NCBI GenBank assembly: GCA_043228905.1 | Contig: JBHGNT010000020.1 | Location: forward strand, 11,966,001-12,030,000 | DNA length: 64,000 nucleotides | Direction of reading: 5' to 3' | DNA from: Azolla caroliniana | Taxonomy: Eukaryota > Plantae > Polypodiophyta | The notes under the pieces: generated by a model | Told to the model about the DNA's origin: nothing | Databases searched by the model: none | What the model saw: the letters and a program-made list of their open reading frames with translations, nothing else | Made by a program: the position numbers and the translations under genes | Shown: piece by piece, positions 1 to 11,313 of the stretch | Numbering within the stretch: the first letter of the stretch is position 1 | Layout of the letters: each line of letters opens with the position of its first letter

Positions 1-1523
1 TAACACTATAAAGTATGTTGGGCAACTGTAACAGAATTTTCTCTACAGTAATTCAAGTTGAATCCAAGAGTTTAGATCAATTACCCCTTGATTTGTGGCA
101 TGTGCAAGTAATTGGCTTGTGTCTTGAGGTAACCATGGGGAACATATAGTGGCAATATCAAAGAAAGAGAAATAATCAATATATAAAACCCAACCAATTT
201 CAAGTCCCAAGTGCCAAAAGAGAAATAATTCCCCACATTGTGTTGTTGTAATCCAAATCTAAGCAAAGCAACATAGATTCAATATAAATAATCTCAAGGA
301 ATATTAAAGAACCACCAGTCGTTTGTTCAAACATAAATTATATATACAAATGCTGGTAAAATCATAAACTAAGGTTCCAACAAATCTCAAGTCCCAAGTG
401 CCAGATGGTAAATCGCTACATTGTTTTGTGATGATCCAGATGTAAGCAAAAAGCATCAACACATTTCAAGGAGGGATGTGATATAATTTCAAGAAAAGCA
501 ATATGTAAAGTGAATAATTTTTTCTGATTTACCAATTTCACACAGTGCACGGCAACAACATTCTCTTCAACATAACATTCAGAACAATCTTTTCATTTTT
601 ATTCTGCCTAATCTTTTTACAAGTTCTGATCAAAGAAAGACTTGCCTGAGACTCAATAGAAGAATTTAATCAATCAAAGCACATTTCAATGTTTAGATGA
701 ATACTGTAGTAAGTCTATATCAATTAAGAAAGTATGTAGAAGCATACCAACCAGAAATACAAGCTGATAATTCCATCCAAGGAAACATAATATGGATTTT
801 ACAATCAACAAATCATATGAAAGCATAACAAAAAATGGTAGCGTAATCCCATATCCTAGAAACACGGTATATACAACTTCCGTAAGAGATACAGAAAGAA
901 CCTAAAAGATTATCAATATTTGGAAATACAAGACCAACGTTAAACATCACCAATATGAGGATAGATGAGCATGATGCTGAAAGAATGAAAGAAATGTTGA
1001 ATTTACTTAAAGCGATTATCAGGAACACAATGATAATGATGACGATAGATAGCAATGCATACAATCAGAACTCAAAAAGGGCTCACAAACTTTAAAGAAA
1101 CTATTGTTAAAATCCAACTACATGCTCCGAAGGATTTAAGTCATTACAATGATGGTGATGATGATTGATGAACAAAATGTTGGCCCCACAAGAAGAAAAG
1201 AACTATCAACTTCAAAAAGAAACTGTAGAGCTGAAACATAAAACTTGTTTCATTAACTTGAGGTAATCAATAACCTCCCAGGATTTATAAAAAAAGCCAC
1301 TACAATGGTGATTGATGAGCAAAAAACCCCACGAGTATTTGTAAAAAGCCATCACAATGACAATAGATGAAAAACAAATCCTGTGAGGTTTATAGGGAGC
1401 CATTAAAATGATGTTGATAGATGGACAAAAACCTTCAAGGATTTCCAAAAGCCATTCCAATGCCAAGGAAGGAAGAAAAAAGTAAGAAATGACTAGAACT
1501 TCGATGAAGAAGGCAAAAAAGAG

Positions 1524-3218
1524 CTATGGCTGTTGACATGGGAACCGGGCGGATTCAAGATTCTTAACTTGATCACAAAGACTCTTCACATATTGAATAG
1601 TTTCATCCAAAACTAACGAAGCATCCAAGAGAGATCCACCTGGTATCATTTTCCTTAGAGCTTTCATGGTTTTCTTGATCTTCTGTCTCCTATAGTCTTG
1701 CTTCAAAAGACTTGGTTTGCCATTAAAACTCTGTTTTCTTGCAATCATCACCTCATTTTTGTCGTCAATCATGAATTGTTTTGCATCGATCTCGTCTTCT
1801 TTTTCTTTCATCTTATCTGACGTGTTCTTCTGTACTTTTTCTTCATATATTCGTTCCCTCTCATTCTTACCCTTGTGTAATTCAGGTATCCTTCCTCTCT
1901 TATTTGCACCCTTTTGTACCTGTTCATCATCTATTCTTTCCCTCTTATTCGAACTCTTTTGTGTTTCTTCTTCTTCATCATCTTTATCTTCATTGCAGAT
2001 TTCTCCTTTCTCTGATGACGATTCCCCTGGAGAATGCCCAGTGCTCCTTACATCATCATCTTCTTCTTCATCGTCTTCTTCTTCTTCTTCTTCTTCTTCT
2101 TCGCCTGAGCTTAGAAGAGCATCTAAATCATCGGGATTTTCCCATACTTCAGTAGAGACTGATTCAGCCTCATGACAAGAATGATTCTTTACATCACTAT
2201 TCTGATGATAATAAGGAATTTTTACATCATCATTCGCATTATAACGATTCTTCAAATCGTTCACAGAATGATAATAGTGATTGTTTATTACATTATCACC
2301 ATTATCATTCTGATTCTGATTGTAATTCATACTGAAGGGTGAGAAGAACTCCGATAACGAGCCTAAGGTTTCGGAAACCCTAGTCCTCTTCACTGAAGGT
2401 AGGGTTGCAAAAACCTTAGGCTCGTTCCTTTGAAAAGCTAGGGTTTCAGAAGCCATGGAATTATTACGTAAATCTCTATCAAAATGGTATAGAGTTGCTG
2501 GTGTATTGTCAATGGCTTCTGAGACCCTATACTCTTTTGTTTCATTACAATTATCAGTAGTATTAGTAGTGATATTAGACATAATGACATTAGTATTGGG
2601 ATTGATATTAGCAGCCATAATGTCATTAGTGTTAGTAGCAATGTAAGACATAATTCCATTAGAATTAGTATTCACATTAGCAGACACAAAGCTATTAGCA
2701 GCATTGGTATTGATATTCAATGGCATGTTATTAGCATCAGCAGCTATATTAGATCCCAAGCCATTAATATTACTACTGATATTAAACCTGATGACATTAT
2801 TTGTATTGGCATTGGATAACATGTTATCTGTCAATCGTTTGTGCTCACCGAATACTAAGTCTTCATTCCTACTGTTTCGAAGCATCTGTAGAGATGAAAA
2901 TGCACTAGAAACCATTTTCCTATAAGCTGTGATTCTTGATGCAGATTCTTCTTCCACGGATTCATCGCAAATAATGGAAGAATTTTGTTTGCTGTTTGAT
3001 GATAGTGGATCTATGCCTTTTTCTTCTTCATGTTTCTGACTGTTAGGAGAAAAAAGCTCGTTTGCGAGAGATGGATGAATAAAAACTCTTCCATTTCCTC
3101 CACTATTATCAAACATTACAAATCTCTTGAGTCGAGATGGTGAAGATTGGAAACAAAATCCTTTTCCTTTGGCAAAAGATTTTGTTGGACCCCCTTCAGG
3201 GTTTGTTGCATCCTGCAT
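1524..3218 (-). CDS. SAC51-like: SAC51/SACL-family atypical bHLH transcription factor (564 aa, intronless main ORF)
   Basis: The N-terminal motif KRFVMFDNSGGNGRVFIHP resembles the SAC51-family KRFLVFDQSG motif. A central ENPDDLDALLSS motif with an acidic tract ends in RSTGHSP. The C-terminal HLH reads RRQKIKKTMKALRKMIPGGSLLDASLVLDETIQYVKSL. The ORF track starts at GTG 3242; the first ATG is at 3218, with an in-frame TAA upstream at 3291-3293. The family-diagnostic uORF lies upstream. Confidence 0.9.
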   Translation of the reverse strand: MQDATNPEGGPTKSFAKGKGFCFQSSPSRLKRFVMFDNSGGNGRVFIHPSLANELFSPNSQKHEEEKGIDPLSSNSKQNSSIICDESVEEESASRITAYRKMVSSAFSSLQMLRNSRNEDLVFGEHKRLTDNMLSNANTNNVIRFNISSNINGLGSNIAADANNMPLNINTNAANSFVSANVNTNSNGIMSYIATNTNDIMAANINPNTNVIMSNITTNTTDNCNETKEYRVSEAIDNTPATLYHFDRDLRNNSMASETLAFQRNEPKVFATLPSVKRTRVSETLGSLSEFFSPFSMNYNQNQNDNGDNVINNHYYHSVNDLKNRYNANDDVKIPYYHQNSDVKNHSCHEAESVSTEVWENPDDLDALLSSGEEEEEEEEEDDEEEDDDVRSTGHSPGESSSEKGEICNEDKDDEEEETQKSSNKRERIDDEQVQKGANKRGRIPELHKGKNERERIYEEKVQKNTSDKMKEKEDEIDAKQFMIDDKNEVMIARKQSFNGKPSLLKQDYRRQKIKKTMKALRKMIPGGSLLDASLVLDETIQYVKSLCDQVKNLESARFPCQQP

Positions 3219-3974
3219 TTTACTTTGTTCTTCTGATTTCACTTTTTTCCTTCGTTTTGCTTTGTTCTTGCCTTGGTTTTTGCTTTGATTTTACTTTGCT
3301 CTTGCTTTGTTTTTGCTGTAATTTTGTTTTGTTACACAAGTGAGAATTTCTACTGGTTTTACAGAATGGATTGCCTGCAACAGAAAAAATCATGGAAAAA
3401 ATTCAGATGGAGATAGAAATAGTTCATTTAAAAACTTGGATATAGATAGAGATGAAGCCGTCTGCAACCCTAAATTCTGTGAGAATGTAAAACAAAAATG
3501 ACATAGCAATTGAGCATGCTCTCCTGATAGAAGGCAAACACTACGAAATGGAAATCTTAAATCCTGGGAAAAGACAATAACAAATGCTAGTTAAGTAGAA
3601 CAACGAAATCAAAATCAGGCCATCCGAAACCCTAAACTATGGTAGAAGGTAAAGAATAGCAAGGCATCGAAATGAAATGAGGCCATGAAATGTAAAGAAT
3701 GAGATAGAAATTGAGCATTCTGAAGCCTTACATTCCTAGCAGAAATAAAAAAATGAAATGAAATGAAATGAGACAAATGAAATGTAAAAAGGAAGATAAC
3801 CTTGGAGAAGGTATGAAAAACAACAAAATGCACCTTCTGAAACAAGGATTACGTAGAAGAAAATTATCTGATTATCTTGTCCAGAGATGTTTACAAAATT
3901 CTGTGCTGTAGAAGCTAATTAGCAGACAATTAAGAAGGTATGCAAGAAATAATACTCGGAAAATGGTAGCACTC

Positions 3975-5032
3975 CTACGTAATCGGCTTCAGGAGCTGTC
4001 TGAAATACTCTCCCTGCAAAGAATATAAAAATGGCTAAGATATGAAAGAAGCAAGTAGAAACAACAGGGGGAGGACAGCACAGATACATCAAACAGATAA
4101 GGTTAAGAATGGAAAAACTATTAAAGAAGCAAGAAAACACAAAAGACGAAGAGAACAATAGACATAGTAAACAGGGATATAGTCAGGAATGCAAAGGAAC
4201 AAAGAAGAAGACATGGAAGTGAAATCGCAGATACAGCAGCAGATATGCTAAGCAAACCAAATAAACAAATAGGCAGACATAAGAGAAAACAGATATGGTT
4301 AAAGGAGCCAAAGCAACAAATACGTAGAGATAAAATAAAACAAACAAAGCAAACATGCATGGAACCTACAAAGGAATAGATATATGCACACAGTAAACAG
4401 AAACGCTATATATATATATATTTATATCATACAGAAAACGTTGTAGGGATAGGAATAGGTAAGCTATAAAAGAAACAGATGAATACATTCAGGAAACAGA
4501 TATGGAAGCAAAGGTTCAATAGACAAATACACAACGAAACAAATGATTATGAGTCAGAGAAACGCTTAATATAAACTTTAAAAGAACAAAAGAATGAGAT
4601 AAAGCTTACACAGAGTACAGAGACAGTAGAGAAATGTTTCCATCTTTCCTTGATTAAAATACCTATAAAGACAACTATCACAAAGAAATAACATGTTTGC
4701 ACAGAGTAGAGAAAGCTGTGTAGAGAAGCTTCAATATTTTCTCAAATGTACTAGATGAAGCCAACCATGGAAGCTGATTAATTAGCTAATTACATATAGA
4801 CGAATATAGCAAACCGTGGAAGCTAATCAATTGAATAATTACACAAAGACAGGAGTAGCAAAGAGGCAGAAGGTTTACACAGATTCACTTGTTTCTCCAA
4901 GAGTTAATTAAACTAACCATGGAAGCTAGTCGGTTAATTTAATACCTGAAAACTGTGTACAATCATAGGTTTTCCAGCGGTTCCATTTCCATATTTAGAA
5001 GTTAGAACTTTAGATGACCTCGTGTGCATCAT
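3975..5032 (-). CDS. Conserved-peptide uORF of the SACL leader, spliced: complement(join(3975..4013,4946..5032)), 41 aa
   Basis: The first exon runs from ATG 5032 to CAG|GT at 4946 (29 codons). The second runs from TTTGCAG|GGA at 4013 to TAG 3975 and reads GEYFRQLLKPIT*. This matches the SAC51 uORF C-terminus as I recall it (QAEYFRxLLKPVT). The intron is phase 0 with GT-AG ends. Confidence 0.88.
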
Positions 5033-5803
5033 ACAGTTCTTATTTGTTGCAGCTGTTTATTCTTTAATCCTCTTCCTAGTCTCCAATTGATTTGCAACAG
5101 AACAAACCTGCATAAACAAGAACAGCAGAAGAAGCAAAAAGAAGAAGTGAAACAAACACAGGAGCTATAGAAATAGATGTAGATCAAGGAGAAGTAGATT
5201 TTCTTGCTGAAAGAGGGGCTTTGTGGCGGAGAAGAGAGGTGAAATGAAGAGACTTTAAGAAGATGGAGGTAGAGGCGACAACTATGAAGATGATGATAGA
5301 AGGTAGTCATACGCTGTTGCGGAGAAGAGAGAGATGGAGGATCCGATGGAGGGATGGAGAGGAGAGAGATAGAGTGACAAGGGAGAGAAGAGAAGATTCA
5401 TGGAGGTGGCTCTCAGAGAAAGAGGGAGAGATTAAGCTTCCATTGAAGCAGAAGTCATGTACAGAGAAGGATGCAGGGAGAAACGGAGGAGGAAAAGGAG
5501 GGGGGGGGGGGGGGGGGGGGGGTTAGGTTTCCATTGAAGCGGAAATCATGTCCAGAAAAGATGAAGAAGAAGAAGAAGAAGAAGAAGAAGATGGAAGGTT
5601 GGGGGACTAAGCTTCCATTGAAGCAGAATTCATGTACAGAAAGAGGAGGGAGGGGAGGGAGAAATCATGTCAGAGAAAGAAGAAGGAGAAGGAGAAGGAG
5701 AAGGAGAAGGAGATTCTGTATTATATATAAAATGTGTTGGTTTCCATGGCTTCTCTCTGAAGCTGCAGTAGCTTACCCTGCCGGTGGTGATGATGGGAAT
5801 CGA

Positions 5804-5810
5804 TCACGTG

Positions 5811-5850
<40 letters not shown>
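5804..5850. promoter_or_regulatory. G-box palindrome TCACGTGA (5804-5811) next to a (GA/CT)n tract near the likely SACL TSS
   Basis: CACGTG at 5805-5810 and a (CT)n run at 5813-5850. Function is inferred from position only. Confidence 0.4.
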
Positions 5851-5855
<5 letters not shown>

Positions 5856-5884
5856 CCAAGGTTCCGGCAACCTTATCCCAAGTT

Positions 5885-6540
5885 GGCCAGCCGGACATTG
5901 GGACATTCCTCGGTAAAGGCACAGGCCGGACATTGGGACATTCCTAGGTAACGGCACAGGCCGGACATTGGGACCCTGCCTCATACTCTCCTCACCCACC
6001 ATTGTCTAGGCGACCATTGGGACGTTCGTAGGCAACGTGCCGAACATTGGGACTCGCCTCATGCTCTCCTCGCCCACCATTGTCCTGGCGGACCATTGGG
6101 ACATTCATAGACATAAGGCCGGACATTCGAACCCGCCTCATGCTCTCCTCACCCACCGCTGTCGAAGCGGACATTGGGACATTCACATGTAGGCACAGGC
6201 CAAACATTGGTACCCGCCTCATGCTCTCCTCGCCCACCATTGTCCAGGTGGACATTGGGACATTCGTAGGCACAAGGCCGGACATTGGACCCCGCCTCAT
6301 GCTCTCCTCGTCCACCATTGTCCATGCAAACATTGGGACATTCCTAGGCACACGACTAGACATTGGAACCCGCCTCATGCTCTCCTCGCCAACCATTGTC
6401 CAAGAGGACATTGGGACATTCGTAGGCACAAGGCCAAACATTGGAACCTGCCTCATTCTCTCCTCGCCCACAATTGTCTAGGTGGACATTGGGATATTTG
6501 TAAGCACAAGGCCAAACTTTGGGATTCCCCTCTCGCCTTT
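5885..6540. repeat. Tandem repeat with a ~60-bp unit (about 10-11 copies)
   Basis: GGACATTGGGACATTC...CGCCTCATGCTCTCCTCGCCCACCATTGTC recurs at ~60-bp spacing. It generates periodic spurious ORFs (5992..6471, 6047..6481). Confidence 0.92.
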
Positions 6541-7799
6541 TGTAGGCCACAAGGGAAACTCTCCCTATCCATACCGAACCATGAACAACCTCATAGCTCC
6601 TCCTCCTCGCCCCTCATATTTGCCTTCATCGGTTGTTGCCCCTAGCCTTATTGCCGATCCTTGTCTCCAAATGTATGGACATACCCCACCTCACTTTCCA
6701 TGATTGTCTCTCTTTTTTTTTTTGGTTTCTCCACTTTTGACAATGGCCCTACCTCAGTGCCATGTTTTTGGTTGTTCTCCCTTTTAGTACCAACATATTT
6801 TTATCGTAATGTCCCTACGAGCTTTATTATTTCCGATCTAGGATTATGCGCATAGTCACATCTGTGTACAAGAAACATGCTTATTGTTGTACTTTATGCG
6901 AGAACTACCCCTTTTTAGGTGGCAACGCCCAATGCCCAATGGGTTCGTAATGTGAATGGAGGCCTTTAAAGATTCCAACACATGGGACAACAACACACAT
7001 TGTAAAAAAAGGGTTTACTAGTGCTCGAAGTTTGGATTTGCCTTTGTTACGCCTTGTGGTGTCTACATAAAGGGGAGCTCACCAACTCGAGAAACTTTGC
7101 TTTCCGGCCACCACTCAACACTTGGAAATGAGGAGAATTGAAGGCTAGTCCTTCCTCTAGTGCAGTGATAAGATTCTCATTTGTCTGGTAGGATGCTTCA
7201 CACATGGCTGGCAAAGGGACTCTCCCTTGATTAGGAACAAGTTTCAATCACATTTATGCCATCGCTCATGCAAAAAATAAGAGAGACATAATGGACCAAA
7301 AACAACACTTGATGAATAAACAATCTCATATTTCTTCAATTCGTCGAGCTTTTGCAAGGGTTTTTATATAAACGAAGCCTACATTGATGACTTGCTTGTA
7401 AATGAAAATTTTCCGTTCCCTACTTAATTCTAGTTACACGGGAACCCATGATATTGTTAGATTTCTCATCCTATTTTAGTAGAATTAATGTCCCTGCCAT
7501 GCAATCAACACATGACATGCTTTGAGGGATGGTGTCAATGACATAGAAAGACCCAACATTGAAAAAAAAATAAAAAAAATAAACACCCTATAGGTGTTGA
7601 TGGTTTAAGCTTCTTGAAAATGTGGCATATTAGCTTCCATGGCTTGGGTGATCTCATAAATGTTTTGTGTGAGTAGTATTGGCGTTGTGCTAAAGAAAAA
7701 GTTGTGTGTTTTAGTCCTCGAGATTTGCCTCAATAGGTAAGGCCACTTCAAGCTTTATGCACGTAGGCCGCAAAGGTACTAAGGTGCTCAAACGAGAGT

Positions 7800-8636
7800 C
7801 TAAAAGAGGAGAAGAAGTCGAATATATTGCAAAACACTTATGTATCTTGAGTATCCAAGTAAGGATAGGATCAAATTTGTGACTTCTTGATTACTAGTAC
7901 AAGGAAGAGATTAGGGAGCACTAATCCCAGAGGATTAGTTGAGCACTAAGTACATAAATGACACGAAATTTATTCAAACTTCTATATCTTAGTCTTCAAT
8001 TCAATCAACAAAAAGTTAATTTATCTCTTTCTTATATGATCAAAAAGGGGAAAGCAATAAGCAACTCTTCCAACATAGCCTTGAGGGGGGTTGAAAAGAG
8101 CATGCACTTTGACCAAAGGTCTCTCTTTTGAAGTTAAATTTTGTTCTATCTTCTTTAAAACTATTTATAGTCTACAAGTTTGATATTCGTGACAATAACT
8201 TCTCCTTCCTAAGATGAATAAAGTCATCTTTTACCTAGTTATAATCTTGTGAACTATAGTATAAGAGTTTCATAATCATGATTATAGACTCTTCATCCTA
8301 GGGCTAATATCCTCTTGAAATTTGTTTTGGGGTTAGCAAAATCTATAATCATCCATCTAATGACTTGAATTTGATTCATTAGTCATTACAAGGATTGTAA
8401 GATCTTGCAATTGTCACTCTTGAGTTTTAATTGTGTTTTTGTGAAATTGTCACAACCTCTCGATTGTTGATCGTTGGTTCAAACCCTAGTGGTTTTGCTA
8501 AATGTGCTTGTCTCCCATGAGTTCATAATGACAATGCCACTAGTCAAAATAATCCACAATGGCCAAAAGCTCTTCGTCATATATTTCATAATTAATAACT
8601 TTTTGTAGACCCAAACTTTCGTAAATGAAATGCAAC
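7800..8636 (-). pseudogene. Degenerate Ty3/gypsy pol, RNase H and downstream part (3' half of the oldest element in the nest)
   Basis: The minus strand at 8530-8640 reads PVAFHLRKFGSTK/(frameshift)INYEIYDEELLAIVDYFD*W, like gypsy RNase H HPVAFxSRK...NYEIYDKELLAIV. The left boundary is approximate. Confidence 0.65.
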
Positions 8637-11313
8637 TGGATATATATACCCTTTTTTTCCCATAAACAATATGCTCCATTGGTATTAAAATTAACAATGC
8701 CAAAGGCAATCTACAAATTGTACATAATAGTTTCCATTCCACAAGTATCTATCATAAAAAAGGACTAAATATAAACGATGGCATTTGGCAAGATAAGGCT
8801 AATTATAATCCATGAAAACAGTCTCAGGCTTTGCCAACAACACCCATACTCAACATATAAACAAATATATAAGTAAATTCGTGCGATCAAAGAGAATACA
8901 TATCTTGGTGGTAATCATACTCAACATACCCTGGCTGGTAGTCTAAAAACTCCATGTTTGCATTTGGTTCCGCATATACTGAAGTTGTTCACCATCACTT
9001 GGTTGTCCACTAGGTGTTGCTATTTGACAAATGTTTTGTACGTCAAGATCTTCTTCAGCTAGTGCAGTTGAAATTTGATGGGCTGTCTTGGATAGCCCCC
9101 ATCTATCATCTCCCATATCGAAATGACCATGTCCTTCACCTCCACGGACATTGAAAATGTACTTGTACTTAATCTCCCTATAAAACAAGATGATCTATGT
9201 CCTCCTCACCTCACACCATCTACTTTGATCCCCACACCATCTTCACTCAACCTTAACACAAAACTAAATTATGCTTCATTCAGTCTCATCAACCATCTCG
9301 CTGCTTACCACCAAGGTCCTGTACAATTAACAACAAAATGAGTCTAGTGTGTTTCTCATCCCCTCATGATTTGCTTCCCCCCCCCCCCCCCCCCCCCCCC
9401 ACACCATCACCACTCTCACCACTCATCCTCTTGTCATGACAAATATGCTTCAACCCCCATCGCCATCATCCCTCAACCTATGAGAACCATAACATCTTCT
9501 TAAGTCAGCCCAAATATGAAACATCTCGATGAACTTCTTGCCATCTCGCCGATTACCGCGAAAATCCTGTACTGACAGCCAAAAAAATAAGTGGAAAAAA
9601 TTCCTCACCTTCTCATAATAATCTGCTTCAGCCCCCACACCAACATCACTCATCCTGATCACAAAAACAAAAAACCAACTTCCTCATGTCCACATCCACC
9701 ATATCGCTATCTCCGATTATCACAGGAATTCCGTCGAATACTGCTAAAATCCTGTACTGACAGCCAAATTTGAGTCAAAAAAAATTCCTACCTTCTCATA
9801 ACACTCTACTTCAGCCCCCACAACATCATCCCTCATCCTCATGTCCACATTCACCATCTGGCTATCTTTGATCCACACCGTCATCACTCATCCTCTCGTC
9901 ATGGAAATATGCTTGGAAAGGCAAATAACTACATGACAAAACAAGAAGTAGATCCTATTTTGCTGCAATCTGTAAGAAACCTAAAAACATCTTCATGTTG
10001 TCCACCTCAACACCTCACTGACCAGCTTGCCATGTCGCTGACTACCACCAACTCACCACAACATCACTTATCCTGACAAAAAAAGCATCGCTCATCTATG
10101 TTATGTCATGTTATTTGTACTAAAGACACTACCGGTGGCGGGAACAACCAACGAGGTGGTATGTAATTCCACTTGACATCTGTAGCTTCATTCAACATAA
10201 TAGGAATAGATGACCAGACTCTACGAATTCTCATTCTTTTCTTATTAGTTGTGTGTCCAGAACCCTGATAACTATCATAATCGCCTTTAATCGTATGTAA
10301 CAATAAGTCCCAAAAAGACTTAACCTGATCCACGAAGTGAATGTTTTCATCATTGTATAGCTTGGAACACCTAGCTTTCTAAAGAACCCATAAAGCCAAA
10401 GAGGAAACAATCTGCTAGGCGTAACTCTGAGAGAAAAACTTGATTCCCTGCAAAGAGCTTGAAGTAGAGTATACCTACAAACTTCTGACAGGTAATGTCT
10501 GAAGGAAGAATAATGATGATGATAAAAAGTCATTTGTTGATCTAACCTTCCCTAGAAGACTGCACCCCATGTGAAAATCCCCGATCTATACTTACGAGCT
10601 AGTAGCCTAAGAATTTGATACCATTATGTTTGCCCCTCTTAAGTTAGAAAACCTATTCTTTTGGTCCTACGTTGATGTCTGCAAAAACTTTATCCAATCC
10701 GCAATCGTACGGGCTGGACCATTGTCCATTGCAACCCAAGATAACCTTGGTCGTAGACCCAACACACATGCAGCTTCATCCGTAAATAAAGGGTTCCATA
10801 TCATTGTTGACACATGAATTGAGTATAATTTTTCGGTGGAAAGAAAACAAGTGCTTGAAGAATACTTTCCCATGCCCGAAATATTCCATTAAAGAAACGT
10901 AACTGTAAAAAGTAATGTGCGGAAGCAAGTATGAAGACCGAACAGAAGGAAGAAAACTCAGGTTTAATGGAGAGCTTGAGCTTACGCAGTATACGCGGGA
11001 GAGACAGAGAGAGTGTAACACAAGAAGTTAAATTCAAAAATAATCTTCAATCTGTACATAGGATGTGCTCAGTGAGCACTTTTATACAAGCCCTGACAGT
11101 GGGCTGACACAAGTACTGACAGTACTTGACTGCTCATAAATGAGCCTCGACACTTACTCCCAAAACTATTCCTTACGAGGAATATCTTTCTAATGGCCTT
11201 TCGGTCTACGCACCGATACGGCCTTTCTACGCACCGGTCTGCGTACTGGTTTTATGCACCCAGTCTACGCACTGGTTACGCATTGTATTACACACAAATG
11301 TTGAGCTTGTCTC

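Larger units (their letters stand above)
3219..5850 (-). other. Predicted multi-exon 5' leader of the SACL gene (introns ~5108-5776, 4014-4945, ~3375-3833)
   Basis: Donor CAGG|GTAAGC at 5777/5776 and acceptor ATGCAG|G at 5108/5107. Donor AAG|GTGCAT at 3834/3833 and acceptor TTGCAG|G at 3375/3374. Introns are pyrimidine-rich on the minus strand. Only the middle intron has protein-level support. Confidence 0.55.

Noticed and set aside
195-450. Imperfect direct repeat (CAAGTCCCAAGTGCCA... twice)
   Set aside because: Two-copy local duplication with no TE or array structure.
1717-2925. + strand ORFs opposite the SACL CDS
   Set aside because: Antisense shadows of low-complexity coding sequence.
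5263-6002. + strand ORFs with poly-G/K/R runs
   Set aside because: Translation of microsatellites in the SACL leader.
5885-6540. CRISPR-like periodicity and repeat-protein ORFs
   Set aside because: No unique spacers and the context is eukaryotic; a simple tandem repeat explains the ORFs.
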